A stretch of 49,590 nt of DNA from an uncultured bacterium (GTDB taxonomy: Bacteria > Eisenbacteria > RBG-16-71-46 > CAIMUX01 > WJJG01). The translations under genes were made by a program, and so were the position numbers. Shown here one piece after another: positions 46,863-49,590 of this stretch. The stretch is taken from positions 15,602 to 65,191 of the forward strand of contig CAYMBA010000001.1 of the NCBI GenBank assembly GCA_964388535.1, written 5' to 3'. The stretch's first letter is position 1. Each line of letters starts with the position of its first letter. The notes beneath the pieces are model-generated. The model was not told the origin of the DNA. It was given only the letters and a program-made list of their open reading frames with translations, and searched no databases.

Positions 46863-48307
46863 TGATCCTCTGGGTCGCTCGAAATACCGTGCTCAGAATC
46901 GCCCGGTCCCGCAGCCTCGTCATACTCGTCCTGCTCTGGCTCGCGCTCATGGTCCTAGGCGGTGCCCTCTCGGGCACGGAGCGGCTGCGGGCACTGGAAG
47001 AGAAGTCCTCCATATCCGCCAGGGCGGCACAGGAAAACCCCTTCGAGAGTACCATGGCATGCTCGGATCCGCCGGCGCTCTTCCATGTGACACAGTCCTG
47101 GCTGCCCGGACTCTCCCAGTGCCTGCGCTTGAGCCCCAGTAGTGTGGAGTACGCGGACCCGGTCACGAGGAGGCGATCCCTGCTCGCGAGGGTGAACGGC
47201 CTGGACTGGGTGTTCGTCTTCGCCGTGCTGGGAGGGATCATCGCGATCTGCCTCTCCTTCGATGCCTGCAACGGGGAGATCTCCAGCAGGAACCTGCGCT
47301 TGATGCTCACCAGCGGCCTGAGGCGCTGGGAGTTCCTCGCCGGTCGCTTCGCCGGGACGATGGCCGTACTCTGCACATCTTCCCTGGCGGGGGCGATCGC
47401 CTCGAGTGGGGCGTACTTCGGTGTGGCCGGAATCTCCCCTGCCCCATCTCACCTCTGGCGCCTGGGTGCGGCCCTGCTCCTTGGATGGGCATGCCTCGCC
47501 TTGGCGGTGGGCCTCGGGCTCTTCTTCTCGAGTGCACTGCGCCGCCCCGCCGCATCGCTGGCTGCAGGGCTCCTCGTGTGGATCATCGCTTCGATAGCGG
47601 TCCCCGAAGCAGCCCCCAGCCTGGCGCCGGCACTGCGTCCAATCGTCTCGCTGCGCAAGTTCCAGAGGATGATCTCGAGCCAGGCTTCCGCGGCGGCCGT
47701 GTCTTTCCAGTCGGAGCGCGAGGGGGCCGCTCTGAGGGAGATAGTGGAGCGCGAGATCCCGGACTGGATGAAGGCGAAGGAGGTGGAAGCGCTCGGCAGG
47801 CGTTTCAGCGCCGAGCAGGAAGAGAAGCGCTGGGAGAGGGAAATCGAGATCCGCAGGTTGAGGCGCCGCTACGACCGCCGGCGCCGCGACCAGGTGGCGA
47901 TGGCGACGTCACTGGCGCTCGCTTCGCCCTCGGGGCTCATGCGGTGGGCGCTCGAGCGCCTCTGCGACGCAGGGTGGGCCAGATACGCACGCTTCATAGA
48001 GGCCGTCGAGGCCTACCAGGAGCCCTACTCCCGATACGTCCGCAGTAAGACGCTCGAGAACCTGGATAAGGCATCTTTCCGCAACTCGGTCTCCAGTTGG
48101 TACAAGGGCTACGAGCTCGTGATCCAGACCGAACCATACCTGCCGCGGGGAGCAGTCGACGCGAGCGACATGCCGCTCTTCGAGCTGCAGCCGATCGAGG
48201 TCTCCGACTCCGCCGCTGCATGGGTGCTGGGAACCGCAGCCCTGCTGCTGCCCTCTCTCATCCTGCTCGTTGCAGGCTACATCATGCTGGCCCGGAGGGA
48301 TGTCTGA
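46862..48307 (+). CDS. ABC-2 type transporter permease subunit (paralog)
   Basis: TGATG coupling, LDWVFV, SFDACNGE, LAGRF, GLFFSS, ASP, C-terminal RRDV. Confidence 0.85.
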   Translation: MILWVARNTVLRIARSRSLVILVLLWLALMVLGGALSGTERLRALEEKSSISARAAQENPFESTMACSDPPALFHVTQSWLPGLSQCLRLSPSSVEYADPVTRRRSLLARVNGLDWVFVFAVLGGIIAICLSFDACNGEISSRNLRLMLTSGLRRWEFLAGRFAGTMAVLCTSSLAGAIASSGAYFGVAGISPAPSHLWRLGAALLLGWACLALAVGLGLFFSSALRRPAASLAAGLLVWIIASIAVPEAAPSLAPALRPIVSLRKFQRMISSQASAAAVSFQSEREGAALREIVEREIPDWMKAKEVEALGRRFSAEQEEKRWEREIEIRRLRRRYDRRRRDQVAMATSLALASPSGLMRWALERLCDAGWARYARFIEAVEAYQEPYSRYVRSKTLENLDKASFRNSVSSWYKGYELVIQTEPYLPRGAVDASDMPLFELQPIEVSDSAAAWVLGTAALLLPSLILLVAGYIMLARRDV

Positions 48308-48319
48308 GGAGGCAAGGGA

Positions 48320-49590
48320 ATGAAAGAAAACCGGTCCCGCTTCTTCTGGATCGCGTGGCTTCTCCTGTGGCTGGCCCCGATCCATCCGGCGGCCTCGGAG
48401 TCCGCCGGGCAGGTGAGCAGGCTCGGCCTCACGGCAGAGGAAAACGTTTCCGCCTACCGCATCCGCGAGGCGCTGCTCAGACTCCGTGAGGCCAGAATGG
48501 ATTTCGAGACCGCCGAATCGCTCCACACCTGGGGACTCATATCCTCCAACGAACTCACCCGGCGGCGGATCCACTGGCGGGCCGAGTCACTCCGGGTCTC
48601 CTCGGTCGTACGTGCAGCCGTCGGCGAAGCGATCCGGATCATGGTCGCGGAAGCCGCCCGCTACCGCGCCGCCGACGGCGCCCTGCACGTTTCTCTGCTG
48701 CTGCGCGTGGCGAACGAGGGCCTCCCACCCGGGCTCGAGATTCCCCCCTACCTCTTCGCAGGCGGTCTTCACCGCTGCGAGGTCCTCTACGTTTCCCTTC
48801 TCCATGGCGGAGCCATCGTGGGCCAGCCCTACGAGATGCGCTGCAGAATGCCGCGGGCGGGCCAGTCGATACGGCTCGACTTCCGCCTGCTGGAAGAGAC
48901 CGACCGCGTGGTGGTGCGGATGGATCACTGCGGAGCGACTGAAGAGAAGAACATCATCCTCACCGAGCTCGGCACTACGGGCGGTGGCGTCAAGATCAGG
49001 TGCAACCTGATATCCCAGGAGGTGCCCCTGGGCGAGACGGCCCACTTCCCGATAACGATCGAGCATCCCATCGGCACCGAACACTCAGTCAGGCTCGAGG
49101 TCTCAGGGCTGCCCCGTGAGATGCGCTGCGGCTTCATCGACCCGGCCAAGGGCGCGCGCCTGACGAGCCTGCTGCTTCCGGCCACGGAAAGGGAGTATCC
49201 GGTCGACCTCCAGGTCTCGGCACCCGAGCGGGTGAGCCGGGAGGTCGTCCCTGGAGAAGCCCTGGCCTTCCTTGTCAGGATCCGGGCGGAGGAGAGTTCC
49301 ACAGCCGGTGCACCCTCGGGCGGGGCGGTCCTCGACTCGCTTCAGCTGGAGGTGATCCCCAGGGGCCGCGGCGAGCTCAGTGTCCGCTGCGCCAATCTCT
49401 ACGTCACCGCTGCGAAGGGGAAAACCACCTCCACGAAGATCATGGTCTCCAACACAGGCACCGGAGCCGTGCAGAACATACAGGTCACACTCGAGGGCCC
49501 CTTGGGATGGGAACTGGGCACGGAACCCGCAGCTCTCTTCGATCTGCCCCCGGGCGGGTCACGCGAACTGGAGGCACTGTTTGCAGCACC
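48320..49590 (+). CDS. Exported NEW3 (NPCBM-associated) Ig-domain protein, truncated by window end and absent from the ORF track
   Basis: My translation from ATG 48320 stays open to the end: MKENRSRFFWIAWLLLWLAPIHPAAS..., helical FETAESLHTWGLISSNEL, ...VSNTGTGAVQNIQVTLEGPLGWELGTEP...DLPPGGSRE. RBS GAGGAGG. Confidence 0.8.
   Translation, partial: MKENRSRFFWIAWLLLWLAPIHPAASESAGQVSRLGLTAEENVSAYRIREALLRLREARMDFETAESLHTWGLISSNELTRRRIHWRAESLRVSSVVRAAVGEAIRIMVAEAARYRAADGALHVSLLLRVANEGLPPGLEIPPYLFAGGLHRCEVLYVSLLHGGAIVGQPYEMRCRMPRAGQSIRLDFRLLEETDRVVVRMDHCGATEEKNIILTELGTTGGGVKIRCNLISQEVPLGETAHFPITIEHPIGTEHSVRLEVSGLPREMRCGFIDPAKGARLTSLLLPATEREYPVDLQVSAPERVSREVVPGEALAFLVRIRAEESSTAGAPSGGAVLDSLQLEVIPRGRGELSVRCANLYVTAAKGKTTSTKIMVSNTGTGAVQNIQVTLEGPLGWELGTEPAALFDLPPGGSRELEALFAA

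Noticed and set aside
1-49590. CRISPR arrays, rRNA/tRNA genes, transposases, integrases
   Set aside because: None recognised on reading; a tRNAscan/Infernal/CRISPR scan would be needed to exclude them formally

Overview
GC-rich bacterial chromosome segment. PorV plus proteins with a C-terminal sorting domain and peptide-catabolism genes suggest an uncultured FCB-group lineage such as Ca. Eisenbacteria or Latescibacterota; this placement is inference only. (1) 1-27.9 kb holds mostly housekeeping and catabolic genes: DHH/NrnA, tricorn protease, a split 2-hydroxyacyl-CoA dehydratase activase pair, DUF6125, def, trxB, dxs, EamA, elbB, a PolX-PHP lacking its polymerase aspartates, nth, DUF116, NifU, asnA, queG, tnaA, a SirB1-like protein, an M42-like peptidase, dusB, an atypical cdd and deoC. 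(2) 28-38.9 kb is an envelope locus: TonB-dependent receptor, PorV-like barrel, two lipoproteins and two proteins with T9SS/FlgD-like C-terminal domains, one built from tandem OB-fold modules. (3) 38.9 kb to the end is the most interesting part. A near-consensus sigma54 promoter (TTGGCACAGTTCTTGCA) drives a 94-aa Sec-signal peptide with 11 Cys, followed by a hairpin and a beta-propeller gene. A divergent sigma70 operon encodes a beta-propeller lipoprotein, a small secreted protein and a TPR-sensor sigma54 activator. Downstream lie two ABC-2 permeases and a NEW3-domain protein that runs off the window. This looks like a self-contained secreted cysteine-rich peptide signalling/effector system with no recognisable RiPP-modifying enzyme. 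All family calls come from motif recognition by eye, not from database searches.
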